Source: Candidatus Eiseniibacteriota bacterium
GTDB lineage: Bacteria; Eisenbacteria; RBG-16-71-46; CAIMUX01; VGJL01
Length of the DNA: 64,000 bases
Assembly: GCA_963792585.1 (NCBI GenBank)
Contig: CAWBWI010000006.1
Coordinates: forward strand, 960,001-1,024,000
Direction of reading: 5' to 3'
Shown here: positions 1 to 10,690 of the stretch, one piece after another
Numbering within the stretch: the stretch's first letter is position 1
How the letters are laid out: every line of letters begins with the position of its first letter
Program-made: the position numbers and the translations under genes
Notes under the pieces: model-generated
The model's input: the letters and a program-made list of their open reading frames with translations, nothing else
Database searches by the model: none
Told to the model about the DNA's origin: nothing

Positions 1-511
1 CGTGGAGCCTCTCGTGGGCTCCCGGACCCATATCCTCCCGCTCGACCCTCTCGAAGCCCTCCGCAACGGTCTGTTGATCCTCGGGGGGCAGAACCTGCTC
101 GGCGATCTTGAAGAGGATTCCGTCCTCCTTCTGGATATGGCCCGATAGAAGCATCACGTAGCCGTCGGCGGCGCGGGCGAAGGCCGCGGGCGAGGCCGCA
201 TCGTCGGCCGCTTCGACAGCCGCCGCCATGGCGCGGATGAAGGCGCGCCCCTGCTCGTGCTCGCTCAGCATCACGGCCACCGGGCCCATCTCCGGCCCGT
301 AGCCGTGGGTCGCCAGCATCGGGAAGAGGTGCTTCTCTTCCTTCCCATGGTGGCATCGATCGGCGAACTCCTTCAGGAAGGTCAGGATATCCCCGGCGCG
401 CGCGCGGTCGATTCGACGGTTCTGCAGCGTCTCGTGCGCGACGGACTCGAGGACCTCCAGGATCCTCTCGATCAACCGGTGCTCTTTCATCAGGGTCTCG
501 GTGGGCAACAT
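1..511 (-). CDS. Hemerythrin-domain (HHE) protein, 3' end runs off the window
   Basis: Read manually: ATG at 511 with GGGAGG RBS; MLPTETLMKEHRLIE...FADRCHHGKEEKHLFP; paralog of 2670-3197; absent from the ORF track because it is truncated. Confidence 0.85.
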   Translation of the reverse strand, partial: MLPTETLMKEHRLIERILEVLESVAHETLQNRRIDRARAGDILTFLKEFADRCHHGKEEKHLFPMLATHGYGPEMGPVAVMLSEHEQGRAFIRAMAAAVEAADDAASPAAFARAADGYVMLLSGHIQKEDGILFKIAEQVLPPEDQQTVAEGFERVEREDMGPGAHERLH

Positions 512-562
512 GGTTACAATCCTCCCTTGACGGAAGGATCGCGGCTCGCGGCCCGATCCGCG

Positions 563-576
563 ATGACTTAGGTCAA
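563..576. promoter_or_regulatory. Putative FNR/Dnr-type box
   Basis: ATGAC-TTAG-GTCAA (reverse complement TTGAC-N4-GTCAT) between two divergent hemerythrin genes, next to a Crp/Fnr gene. Confidence 0.45.
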
Positions 577-620
577 TGGGCGGGAGCCCGGGATGTTGCA
601 GAATCGAGACGGAGGTCGGC

Positions 621-1151
621 ATGAAGCTCCCAAACTCATTCTCCTGGCCACCCTCGCCGGACTCCCTCGGTCCCGTCGCATCGGGAGAGGGATCCCCCCA
701 TGATCCCGAGCGCCTCGTGCGCGCGCAGCACCGCCAGCTGGCGCGCATTCTGCGCAACCTCGCGGAGGCAGCGGAACATCCCGTGCTCCCTGCCGAGAAC
801 GAGGAAGCGGAGACGCGCTGGCGTCGAAATCTCCGGCTCTCCCTCGGCGAGCTGAACGCATTCATCGAGAACCACCGGGACATCGAGGAGTCCTTCCTCT
901 TTCCCCAACTCCTCGAAGTGGCGGAAGAGCTGGGTCCGACCCTCGATGACCTCAGCGACGATCACGTTCGCATCTTCGACGAGAATCGCCGGCTGAACTT
1001 GCTGATGGACCGTCTCGATCTCGTGCGCCGCCTTGGGGCTTCCGAGCAGGCCGAGCTCCTCCCCCCTCTCCGGTCTTTCGTCGAGGGGCTCTGGCGTCAT
1101 ACCCTCGTCGAGGAAGCGATGCTGGATCAGATACGGGGGAGAATTGAATAA
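621..1151 (+). CDS. Hemerythrin-domain protein
   Basis: H..., HRDIEESFLFP, DDH, HTLVEE pattern; ATG 621 with GGAGG RBS. Confidence 0.75.
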   Translation: MKLPNSFSWPPSPDSLGPVASGEGSPHDPERLVRAQHRQLARILRNLAEAAEHPVLPAENEEAETRWRRNLRLSLGELNAFIENHRDIEESFLFPQLLEVAEELGPTLDDLSDDHVRIFDENRRLNLLMDRLDLVRRLGASEQAELLPPLRSFVEGLWRHTLVEEAMLDQIRGRIE

Positions 1152-1839
1152 GAAGGAGACGGAGTCCTCATCCCCAGCGGCCCTCCTGCGGAAGGTTCCA
1201 TTCCTTGCGAATCTCGACGCCGCCTCGACGCGGGACCTTGCCAACGAGAGTCGGATCGTCGTCGTTGCGAAGGGAGAGGATCTCTTCGTAGAGGGGGATC
1301 CGTGCCGCGGGATGTTTCTGGTCATCGAGGGACACATGAAGATCTACCGCGCGGCCCTATCCGGGCGGGAGCAGATCATCGCGATCGAAGGGCCGGGCGC
1401 CACGATTGCGGAGCTGCCGCTCTTCGACGGGGCGCCGTACCCCGCATCTTGCGCGGCGACCGAGCCGAGCCGTCTCTTGCTCCTCCCCCGGGACGCCTTC
1501 GAGGATCTGCTACGCAGAAAGCCGGAGATCGCGATCGGCACAATCCGCCTCCTTGGCCGGCGCCTGCGGAGTCTCGTCGCGCTCGTCGAGGAGCTGTCGC
1601 TCCTCGAGGTGCCGCAGCGTCTCGCCAAGTACCTCCTCGAAATCCACGAACGGCGCGGGGTGGAGTTCACCCTCACACAGTCGAACCAGGAGATTGCGAG
1701 CCGTCTCGGGACGGTCCGGGAGATCGTCTCTCGCTGCCTTCACCGGCTCGAGCAGCAGGGGGCGATCCAGATCGAGGGGCGACGCATCCGAATCGTCGAC
1801 GAAAGCGCGCTGCGCGCGATGGTCGATGAGAGCCGGTGA
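1144..1839 (+). CDS. Crp/Fnr family transcriptional regulator
   Basis: cNMP-binding domain (LFVEGD...ELPLFDGAPYPAS) and HTH (QEIASRLGTVREIVSR); probable TTG start at 1144. Confidence 0.92.
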   Translation: MNKKETESSSPAALLRKVPFLANLDAASTRDLANESRIVVVAKGEDLFVEGDPCRGMFLVIEGHMKIYRAALSGREQIIAIEGPGATIAELPLFDGAPYPASCAATEPSRLLLLPRDAFEDLLRRKPEIAIGTIRLLGRRLRSLVALVEELSLLEVPQRLAKYLLEIHERRGVEFTLTQSNQEIASRLGTVREIVSRCLHRLEQQGAIQIEGRRIRIVDESALRAMVDESR

Positions 1840-1908
1840 GCGGCCGGGGGCTCCGATGACCGCACGGGTCCCGGGCGCGGGCCCCGCCGTCCCGGTAGCC
1901 CCGATCCT

Positions 1909-2673
1909 TTGAGCATTGCACGCGATCTCCGCGGCCTCCTCCCGCGAGAGCACGGTTCCTGGGCCTATCTGCTGATTCCCCAGATCGCCGCGCTGATGGC
2001 CGCGGACCGACCCGCGCCGGCGACCGCGTGGTTGGGCGGGTCGGTCCTGATGTTCACCGCCTTCCAAGGATTCGCCGCCGCACGGAGACGTCGCGAAACA
2101 TGGAGTCCGGCCGGCCTCCTCTGTGCCATCGCCGGCGCGACCCTCCTCGCCCTCACGGCGCGCGCGCGCCCCCTGGCTCTCGTCCTTCTCCTCCCCTCGG
2201 CGATCCCGGCCCTTCTCACCCTGCGATCGACGAAAGGACGGATCGGGCGCGATGACGCGATCGAAGCGCTCGGCATCGTCGCCGCCTCGATTCTCGGATG
2301 CGGCGGTCTGTACGTGTCCGGGGCGTCGCATGCGGCGGTCGCGCTGCTCGCGATCGTCTCCTGCTCCTATTCGCTGCTGTCGCTGATCTGGGTGCGCGTG
2401 CGGCTCGCCGCCGAACTCAAGGGCCGCCGGCCGATCCTGTCGCACGGCTGGAACATCCCCGCGAGTCTTCTGATCCTCGGGCTCTCCGGCGTCGCCGGAA
2501 TCTCCATGGGAGGATTCGTCGTCGGGCTCTTGCCGGGCGTCTACCTGGGACGATCCCTGCTGGCCCTTCCGCGCCTGCGCGACGGTCGGGTGTGGGTGAC
2601 GATGCTCGGCGTGCAGGAGGCGATCGCGGCCGCCGTCTTCGCGATCGGGCTGGGGCTCTTTCTGCCCCGTTAG
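1909..2673 (+). CDS. YwiC-like membrane protein
   Basis: N-terminal LPREHGSW motif, multiple TM helices, C-terminal LGVQE. Confidence 0.7.
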   Translation: MSIARDLRGLLPREHGSWAYLLIPQIAALMAADRPAPATAWLGGSVLMFTAFQGFAAARRRRETWSPAGLLCAIAGATLLALTARARPLALVLLLPSAIPALLTLRSTKGRIGRDDAIEALGIVAASILGCGGLYVSGASHAAVALLAIVSCSYSLLSLIWVRVRLAAELKGRRPILSHGWNIPASLLILGLSGVAGISMGGFVVGLLPGVYLGRSLLALPRLRDGRVWVTMLGVQEAIAAAVFAIGLGLFLPR

Positions 2674-3197
2674 TGGGTCGCTACGGGGTGCAGCCGCATC
2701 CGCGAGAGAAGGCTCCGCGAGGCGGCGTCGATTCGATCGAATCCGTTGACAATCGACTCCTCGTCTTCGGGGGTCAGGAGCTTCGCCGCCACCCAGAACA
2801 CGATCGTCTTCTCGGTGCGCATGTGGGTGCGCATGCCGTGGACGTACCGGCGGGCGAGCTTCGCGAAAGATGCGCAGGACGCCTTGCCGTTGAGTCCAAA
2901 GATCGCTTCTGCAACCCGCTCGAAACAGGCGGCGTCTTCTCGGTGCTCCTCGAGCATCACGGACACGAGTCCCGCACGGGGACCGAAGCCATGCCGCGTG
3001 AGCTGCGGAAAGAAGTGGTGTTCTTCCTTGGAGCGGTGGAGACCTTCAGCAAACTCGCGAAGGAACTGAATCACCGCCCAGGCGCGATCCTCCGCGGGAT
3101 GCGTGCCCTGCTCCGCATGGAGCGCGAAGCCCTCGAGTTCGGTCACCGCGAGTTCGATCAAGCGGTGCTCTTGCAGAAGAATGTCCGTAGGTCTCAT
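2670..3197 (-). CDS. Hemerythrin-domain protein
   Basis: LLQEHRLIE, HRSKEEHHFFP, EEH, HMRTE motifs. Confidence 0.85.
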   Translation of the reverse strand: MRPTDILLQEHRLIELAVTELEGFALHAEQGTHPAEDRAWAVIQFLREFAEGLHRSKEEHHFFPQLTRHGFGPRAGLVSVMLEEHREDAACFERVAEAIFGLNGKASCASFAKLARRYVHGMRTHMRTEKTIVFWVAAKLLTPEDEESIVNGFDRIDAASRSLLSRMRLHPVATH

Positions 3198-3436
3198 GCC
3201 AGCCCCTTGCTTTTGTGAAACGCGGCACGGATCGCTACCGGATCGATCGACTCTCCTCGACTGCCCAATGGAATCACCCTGGACGGTCGGGTCCCGATTG
3301 TCTCATCGAGGTGGAAATTGGTCAATGGTGGAACTTCTGTAACTGCAGACATTCTTGAGGGTTACGCAGGTAATTCGTTGCTCTTGGCACCGGCGTTTCG
3401 ACCCTCGCCCCCGTATGGGGTTGACGGGGGAGGAGA

Positions 3437-5101
3437 CTATTTTGTCGATCGGGTGGAAGCGGTGGTTTCGTCGAGAATTCGCCGCAAGATCGCTTCTGCG
3501 ACCTGCGGCAGGACCTGATCACCGCCCTCGGGATCGTCTGACAGCGTCTGTGCTGCGCGGTCGAATGCTTCGACGTGAGCGCGCATTCCATCCTCATCGA
3601 TGGCGTGATTCGGTTTTGCAAGAGACTCGGGGAATGGAAACGCTTCGATGTCGCGCCGACCGAGCGGGATGCTGCCTCCCGAAAGCGCCTGCGGACCGCG
3701 TCGCGTGCGGTGGATCGATGTGAGCCAGTCGCTGTTGAGGAGCAAGCCCGCGCGTAACAACATACGCTCTGCATCCGGCCCATCCCCGCGCGCGAGGAGC
3801 ATCAAGGTCCCGACCGATCCGGCGCAGCGTCCACGGAGATCGCAGCGCGCCCTGAGAGATCTCGACAACCCCGCCACGATGAGCTTCGGCCGATCGAGGA
3901 ACGCTCTTCGGTTGCGCGAAAGCCCCGGCGCCTCACGCGGCAGGACGGGTCGCGCGAACGTCCGCCCAAGGTAGCGTGCCGGAGCATGGCCCCATCGATC
4001 CCCGTGACGAACGATCAACCCGGCCGTGAGGAATCGCCAGCCCTTGCCGTCCTCCTGCAGGGAGTCCCTGATGGCATAGGCTTCCGACACCGTCATCGAT
4101 GCGCGCACGTCGAAGAGATCCCCGAAGGTCAGATGACGTTCGAGATCCGCGGTTTCCCCACCGCATTCCGGATCGAACAGCGCGCCCCAGCTCGTCTCCT
4201 CCAGGCGCCCGGGCGGGACTTCCCACAGGAGCTCGCCGTCCTCTCTCGTGACCGCCACGCAGCGGGGCGCCGGGCCCGAGCCGCCGATCACGCCGACCAT
4301 GGCGATCCCGCATTCCGGCGCCGGACGATCCCCGGGGAAGAGAACAAGCCTCCGCAGGGGCGACTCGCGCGCGAGCAGACGGCGCAACGGCGTCGCGTAG
4401 CGCGCGGACAGGAGCGCCCGGGGCGCCAACAATGCATAGCGGCCGCCGGGCGCGAGAAGCTGCGCCGCCAGGTGGACGAAGAGGACGCTGCGGTCGTACG
4501 GCCCGACCGCGGTCTCGGGAAAGCGTTCCTTCAGCTCCCGGCGCCCTTCTCCCGAACGGCCGGTCCGCTTCTCGATCGCGTTTCCGAAGGGAGGATTCCC
4601 GCAGACGAGGTCGAACGCTCCGTCCGCGGACGGCTCGAAGGAGCGGAGTGCATCGCCCCAGAGAATTCGGCGCGCGACGAGCTCCGGGTCTCGCACGGCA
4701 CCCGCATTCCACAGCGCCAACCTCGTGAGCGCAACCGCCACCGGATCGATGTCGACTCCATGGAGCTCCACCTCGGGGCCGAACAAGCTCCAAGCCTCCT
4801 CGAGAAAGACGCCCGCCCCCACGGCCGGATCGAGGATCCTCCGAGGACGCAGGCCTTCGTCCGCGGCGCGGGACAGGAGCGCTCGCGCGACGGTCCGCGG
4901 CGTCAGGTAGAGGCCGGTCGCGCGGCGGTCGGGGCGGGAATCGAGCCACGCGGACACGAGGTCGGTCGTTGTCGCCGGCGCTGCGGCGTCGCCGGCAACC
5001 GGCGCCGGGTCGAGAGTCGGGGGCAATCCGTCGCAGAGCAGAGCGGCCGGGACATCCGCCCCGGCACGTTCGCGCAGGATCCTCAGGATGGACAGGTCCA
5101 T
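3437..5101 (-). CDS. N6-adenine DNA methyltransferase (gamma class, TaqI/Eco57I-like), apparently orphan
   Basis: GLYLTP, LDPAVGAGVF (motif I), GVDID, GNPPF (motif IV), C-terminal target-recognition-like region. Confidence 0.8.
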   Translation of the reverse strand: MDLSILRILRERAGADVPAALLCDGLPPTLDPAPVAGDAAAPATTTDLVSAWLDSRPDRRATGLYLTPRTVARALLSRAADEGLRPRRILDPAVGAGVFLEEAWSLFGPEVELHGVDIDPVAVALTRLALWNAGAVRDPELVARRILWGDALRSFEPSADGAFDLVCGNPPFGNAIEKRTGRSGEGRRELKERFPETAVGPYDRSVLFVHLAAQLLAPGGRYALLAPRALLSARYATPLRRLLARESPLRRLVLFPGDRPAPECGIAMVGVIGGSGPAPRCVAVTREDGELLWEVPPGRLEETSWGALFDPECGGETADLERHLTFGDLFDVRASMTVSEAYAIRDSLQEDGKGWRFLTAGLIVRHGDRWGHAPARYLGRTFARPVLPREAPGLSRNRRAFLDRPKLIVAGLSRSLRARCDLRGRCAGSVGTLMLLARGDGPDAERMLLRAGLLLNSDWLTSIHRTRRGPQALSGGSIPLGRRDIEAFPFPESLAKPNHAIDEDGMRAHVEAFDRAAQTLSDDPEGGDQVLPQVAEAILRRILDETTASTRSTK

Positions 5102-5120
5102 GGCGGACCAGTCTAGCCGC

Positions 5121-6008
5121 TCAGTCGAGGAGAATCAGCTTCGTACTCCGCACGCCCGCGGGCGATGTCAGGCGGGCCAGGTAGATACCGCTCGACGCGC
5201 CGGCAGCATTCCAGACGACCTCGTGGGAGCCGGCGGGAAGGGTCCCGTCAGCGAGCGTGGCGATGCGGCGTCCCTGAAGATCGAGGATCTCCACGCGCAC
5301 GTTTTCGGACGCGGTCAGGAAGACCGCGAACGTCGCGCGTCCCACGCACGGGTTCGGACCCACGGCCGAGATGCGCGCCGGCGCATCGTCCACGGATGCG
5401 GGCGGGATCTGGGGACAGTCGTTGTGCCCGGGCTGAAACCACCGAATCACGCCGAAGTTCTCGCAGAGGTCCTCGTTCGGCGGGTCTGCGTCGTCAAAGA
5501 ACTTCGCCTGGTTCGTGCTCGGGTAGCTTCGCGTTGCGAAGTAGTTCTCCGGTCCGTCGACGAACGTAGCAAACCAATAGAGGCGGATGAGGCGTTCATG
5601 GACCGGGGAGCCAAACGTGACGATGTTCCCGAATCCGGTCTCGGGCCAGCCGGGATCTGGAGACTCGGTTGGCGAGGGCCCGCAGACTCTCCAATTGGTG
5701 AAGTACCCTTGATCAGCGGGGATATTGTGGTCGATCCCGAATTGAACCGTGGTCACGGCGGGCGAAGCATCCGGCAGAAACGCCGCCATGACCCAGATGA
5801 TCTGTTCCTCGTCGATCCCTCGTCCAGCGGCGGCATTCAGCTCCTCACACGTAGCGGGAAGGGTCGGAGTACTGCACCAGTACGCGCCGTCTCTGTACTG
5901 CACCGTGTCGTCGGTGTGCACCACGAGAGCACCGTTGGCATTGCGCCCGGCGACTGCGGGCGGGGCAAGAAGCATCAGAAGCACGATCGAGGAAATCAAC
6001 ATTCTCAT
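5121..6008 (-). CDS. Secreted protein with FlgD-Ig/T9SS-A-like C-terminal domain
   Basis: Signal peptide; C-terminal PNP...ILDLQGRRIATL...WN...SGIYLARL...KLILLD. Confidence 0.8.
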   Translation of the reverse strand: MRMLISSIVLLMLLAPPAVAGRNANGALVVHTDDTVQYRDGAYWCSTPTLPATCEELNAAAGRGIDEEQIIWVMAAFLPDASPAVTTVQFGIDHNIPADQGYFTNWRVCGPSPTESPDPGWPETGFGNIVTFGSPVHERLIRLYWFATFVDGPENYFATRSYPSTNQAKFFDDADPPNEDLCENFGVIRWFQPGHNDCPQIPPASVDDAPARISAVGPNPCVGRATFAVFLTASENVRVEILDLQGRRIATLADGTLPAGSHEVVWNAAGASSGIYLARLTSPAGVRSTKLILLD

Positions 6009-6090
6009 AGCGACCTCCTGAGCCCAGTGGGTTCCCTTTGCAGCGCGTCTATTGTATCACCCCCCCCCCAAGTCGAGGTCAAGGAGGATA

Positions 6091-7483
6091 AAAGGAAGAC
6101 CCGGGGAGCCAATGTCCTCTAGGACAGGTCCCCCGGGCCATAAGCCGGCCCCCGCTGCGGAGCAAGGCCGGCAGGTGTCGGTTCGACTTACTTCAGTAGA
6201 ACCATCTTCTCCGTGCGGACGCCGTCGGCCGTCGTCAGCCGTGCGAAGTAGACGCCGCTCTCAACCGGCTTGCCGCCGTCCGAGATGCCGTTCCAGGTCT
6301 GAACGTGCACGCCCGGAGTCATCCGGCCGCTCACGAGTTGCGTGACCTTGCGTCCGCCCAGGTCGAATACCTCCAGGCTGACCGGACCGTTCGCGCCGAC
6401 CGGCGACAGCGTGAAGCTGATCTCCGTCTTCGGGTTGAACGGGTTCGGACGCACCGCGTCGATCCGGGTGGTGAACAAGACGTTCCCGTCGGGCGCATCG
6501 GCCGGAGGCGCCGGATGCAGCCAGTTCAGGATGCGGCCGAGCAAGAACTTCTGGTTGTTCGGATCCGCGTCGGTCGCGCTGACCGCATGGAAGCAGGCCG
6601 GCATGAAGACGACCTTCGCGTCGTTGTACACGTTGTGGATCAGAGCGTTCGAATTCTCGTTGCCGAGCAGACCCGTCACCGCCGTGTTCGGAACCGCGTT
6701 GTCCCCCTTGTTGAACGAGGGGAACTGGAAGGACAACGGCAGGTTGAACCCATCGCCGATCGGATCGCCCACGACTCCGAGGAGGCTCGTGTAGCCCGTG
6801 TTGAGCGTCCAGGACGCGATCCCAAGATAGTTTTGCGTGAAGTCGCTTGGCGAGGTGCTATCCAGGAACGACTGACTCGTGAAGTAGAGACTTCCCCCCC
6901 CGTCCACGAACTGCATCATCAACGCTTGGTCACCGGCGTCCGGGGGAGTGGAGGTCCGGTACCCGGTCTCCCAGATCATGATGTCGAAGCCCTGGACGTT
7001 CGCGTACGAAGGTGCCGTACCATTGTGGACGTTGTTGATGTCCCACTGCTCGTAGAGGTAGCCGAGCTGGTTCAACGCCGTCGTCCAGATCCCGCTGCCT
7101 CCACCGGTGGAGCTGCTGTCGTTGATCAGATAAACGGCGTAGCTGCCGTTGAACACCCGCATCGACTTCGTCTGGACCCTACCCGAGGTGTTCGATGTGA
7201 CGTTGAAGCCGCCCGTCCGGACCGCGACCGTCCCGTTCGTGTGAACGCGAACGGTGAAATCACAGGTCCCGTTCGGGGGCAGTGTCACCTGGGTGGGCGC
7301 CGTGTGCGGATTCGGGTCGCCGCAGACCAGGAAGTCCGTCGTCCAGTCCCCGAACGCCGCGCCCGGCTCGAGCGTGAAGATCTGGTTCGAGGCCGTCAGG
7401 TTCCAGAGCTGCCCGGTGAAGGTGGCTGTGCCGTTCCCCTCCGGGACCGACTTGACCTTCACTGGATAGTAGAGCGAGAAGTC
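6091..7483. repeat. ~1.4 kb near-identical duplication, copy 1 (copy 2 at ~8432-9832)
   Basis: 3' two-thirds of paralogs 1 and 2 plus their 3' UTRs match almost base for base. Confidence 0.9.
6092..6138 (-). terminator. Intrinsic terminator after selenoprotein paralog 1
   Basis: CCCGGGGGAC-CUGUCC-UAGA-GGACA-UUG-GCUCCCCGGG followed by UCUUCCUUUU. Confidence 0.7.
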
Positions 7484-8230
7484 CGGAGCCTGGCCCGCGC
7501 CGATCTTCTGCGCCTGAATGACTTCCTTGGTCGCCGTCGATTGGAGGTAAGCGATTCCGACCAGGTTCGCCGGCACCCATGAGCCGATCGAGACGTTGGT
7601 CGAGATCGTCACCTCGTCGCCGACGTTGGTCAGCGTGACGTTCTGGTCGTAGATCTTGCGGGTGACGCGGTCCCAGTGGTCCACGCCGCCGTAGCCGCAG
7701 CACCAGGTCAGATCGTCTTCGTAGAGCAGCAGAGTGCCGCGCAGGTTGCTGAGCTGCACCGGGTCGACCAGCTTGAAGGTCGCCGACATCGAGGCGACCC
7801 CGGCGTTGATCGTCATGCTGGAATTGATGACGACCGGGCTGGCGCCATCGGTTGCGGCGATCCGCGCGTTGAGCCCGTTCCGGTAGCTGACAGTTTGGTT
7901 TGGGCAGACATCCGCCCCGACGAATTCCGAGATCCCGTCGATCTCGACCGTGGGGAATCCGTCTATGCCGTAGAAATTCTGCCTGGCCGTGGTCTCCGTT
8001 GTCGTGAACGGGTCCGTGCCGGAGCAGTGGTTTTCCCAGTGAACGACCTGGTTGCCGAACTCGGTCTCCATCGCATCGCACGCGCACCGCGCGCGAGGAC
8101 AGTACGTTCACCACGTGGCCCCGAACTCCTCGATGGTCATCACCTTGGGCACGCTCGCCAGAGCGGCGGGCACGACCAGCGCTCCAAGCATCAGGAGGAT
8201 CCCGATGAGAGCGGCAAACTTCCGTTGCAT
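6188..8230 (-). CDS. Secreted selenoprotein paralog 1 (~680 aa): signal peptide, Omp28/thioredoxin-like UxxC domain, Ig-like and alpha/beta domains, FlgD/T9SS-like CTD
   Basis: ATG 8230 with GGAGGT RBS; MQRKFAALIG...EEFGATW-TGA(8110-8108)-TYCPRARCACDAMETEF, in frame with ORF 6188-8071; hairpin downstream of the TGA. Confidence 0.88.
8076..8096 (-). other. Bacterial SECIS-like hairpin (paralog 1)
   Basis: UCGCGCGC-GGUGC-GCGUGCGA at +12..+32 after UGA; loop starts with GG. Confidence 0.75.
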
Positions 8231-8430
8231 GGCACCTCCAAGTGAAGCGAAGCGGCCGACCCAGTAACCGAACCATGTCCATAAGGACATTCCTGGAGCA
8301 AACTGAGATTATTTTACACTAAATGGGTCGATGATCTGACCACAATCTACTGCACTACATCAGGCTACGGTCGGGGTGGTCCCGCGGGAAACGGGATCAT
8401 CCGGTGGGTTTTCGGTGCCGAAACGCGCCC

Positions 8431-8480
8431 AAAAGGAAGGCCCGGGGAGCCCAATGTCCTCTGGGACAGGTCCCCCGGGC
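8431..8480 (-). terminator. Intrinsic terminator after paralog 2
   Basis: Same hairpin as 6092-6138 with a CAGA loop, then CCUUCCUUUU. Confidence 0.7.
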
Positions 8481-9832
8481 CATGAGCCGGCCCCCGCTGC
8501 GGAGCAAGGCCGGCAGGTGTCGGTTCGACTTACTTCAGTAGAACCATCTTCTCCGTGCGGACGCCGTCGGCCGTCGTCAGCCGTGCGAAGTAGACGCCGC
8601 TCTCAACCGGCTTGCCGCCGTCCGAGATGCCGTTCCAGGTCTGGACGTGCACGCCCGGGGTCATCCGGCCGCTCACGAGTTGCGTGACCTTGCGTCCGCC
8701 CAGGTCGAAGACCTCCAGGCTGACCGGACCGTTCGCGCCGACCGGCGACAGCGTGAAGCTGATCTCCGTCTTCGGGTTGAACGGGTTCGGACGCACCGCG
8801 TCGATCCGGGTGGTGAACAAGACGTTCCCGTCGGGCGCATCGGCCGGAGGCGCCGGATGCAGCCAGTTCAGGATGCGGCCGAGCAAGAACTTCTGGTTGT
8901 TCGGATCCGCGTCGGTCGCGCTGACCGCATGGAAGCAGGCCGGCATGAAGACGACCTTCGCGTCGTTGTTCACGTTGTGGATCAGAGCGTTCGAATTCTC
9001 GTTGCCGAGCAGACCCGTCACCGCCGTGTTCGGAACCGCGTTGTCCCCCTTGTTGAACGAGGGGAACTGGAAGGACAACGGCAGGTTGAACCCGTCGCCG
9101 ATCGGATCGCCGCACGACTCCGAGGAGGCTCGTGTAGCCCGTGTCGAGCGTCCACGATGCGATCCCGAGGTAGTTCTGCGTGAAGTTGTTCGGGACGTTG
9201 TTCAGGGAGTTCAGGAACAGCTGGCTCGTGAAGTAGAGGCTTCCCCCCGCGTCCACGAACTGCATCATCAACGCCTGCTCGCTCGCGTCCGGGGGGCTGG
9301 AGGTCCGGTACCCGGTCTCCCAGATCATGATGTCGAAGCCCTGGACGTTCGCGTACGAAGGGGCGGCTCCGCTGTGGACGTTGTTGATGTCCCACTGCTC
9401 GTAGAGGTAGCCGAGCTGGTTCAACGCCGTCGTCCAGATCCCGCTACCTCCACCGGTGGAGCTGCTGTCGTTGATTAGGTAGACAGAGTAGCTGCCGTTG
9501 AACACCCGCATCGACTTCGTCTGGACCCTACCCGAGGTGTTCGATGTCACGTTGAAGCCACCCGTCCGGACCGCGACCGTCCCGTTCGTGTGAACGCGAA
9601 CGGTGAAATCACAGGTCCCGTTCGGGGGAAGGGTCACCTGGGTGGGCGCCGTGTGCGGATTCGGGTCGCCGCAGACCAGGAAGTCCGTCGTCCAGTCCCC
9701 GAACGCCGCGCCCGGCTCGAGGGTAAAGATCTGGTTCGAGGCCGTCAGGTTCCAGAGCTGCCCGGTGAAGGTGGCTGTGCCGTTCCCCTCCGGGACCGAC
9801 CTGACCTTCAGCGGATAGTAGAGCGAGAAGTC
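8432..9832. repeat. ~1.4 kb near-identical duplication, copy 2
   Basis: Matches 6091-7483 apart from scattered substitutions and small indels. Confidence 0.9.
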
Positions 9833-10564
9833 GAGGGCCGGAGCCGAGCCAATCCTCTGCGCCTGGATGATCTCCTTGGAGACGGTTGACTGCAGGTAGA
9901 CGACCCCAACCAGGTTAGCCGGGGACCAAGAACCAATCGGCACGTTTGCAGCGATGGTTGCTTGATCACCCACGTTCGTCAGCGTGATGTTCTGATCATA
10001 GATCTTGCGCGTCACACCGTCCCAGTACTCGCCACCGTTGAGGACGTTGTCCTCGTAGAGCAGCAGCGTTCCGCGAAGGTTGGACACGGAAACAGGGTCG
10101 ACGAGGGTGAAGGTCCCCGACATCGACGCCGTGCCTCCTGCTATGGACATCGACGCATTGCTGATGAGTACAGGGCTCACCCCGTCGATGGCGGCCAGTC
10201 GGCCGTTGATGTCCGTTCTATAGATGCTGGCCATTGCCGAGCATGTGCTCCCGCCAACCTCCTGGATGATTCCGTCGATCCGAACATCCGGAACACCACT
10301 GACGCCATACCAGTTGGTCCTGGCGATCGTCTCCGAGGTGGAAAGCGTTCCCGACGTGTGGAGCTCCCAATGCGCCATTCGCGTGGGACCCATTTCATCT
10401 TGCACCGTCTGCAGCCCGCACCGGGCCGCTGGGCAATAGGGTCAGGTCGTGTACCCAAACTCCTCAGCCATGATGACCCTGGGCACGCTCGCCAGAGCGG
10501 CGGGCACGACCAGCGCCCCAAGCATCAGGAGGATCCCGATGAAAGCAGCAAACTTCCGTTGCAT
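8530..10564 (-). CDS. Secreted selenoprotein paralog 2 (~677 aa, UPYC); one +1 indel at ~9112
   Basis: ATG 10564 with GGAGGT RBS; ...AEEFGYTT-TGA(10444-10442)-PYCPAARCGLQTVQDEM, in frame with ORF 8603-10405; one extra base relative to paralog 1 at ~9112 moves the CTD into ORF 8530-9078. Confidence 0.85.
10411..10429 (-). other. Bacterial SECIS-like hairpin (paralog 2)
   Basis: GCGGCCC-GGUGC-GGGCUGC at +13..+31 after UGA, same register as paralogs 1 and 3. Confidence 0.75.
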
Positions 10565-10654
10565 AGCACCTCCCCTATAACGATCTGACCACCAAGAAGA
10601 TAGAGCCGGTTCCGTCGAGCCGGCCTGGAGACATCACGTACCAATTATAAGGGA

Positions 10655-10670
10655 TATGAAACGTTTCACA
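10655..10670. promoter_or_regulatory. CRP/HcpR-like box next to a TATAAT -10 upstream of paralog 2
   Basis: TATGA-AACGTT-TCACA; minus-strand TATAAT at 10649-10644. Confidence 0.45.
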
Positions 10671-10690
10671 AACTCGGGATAACCAAATCG

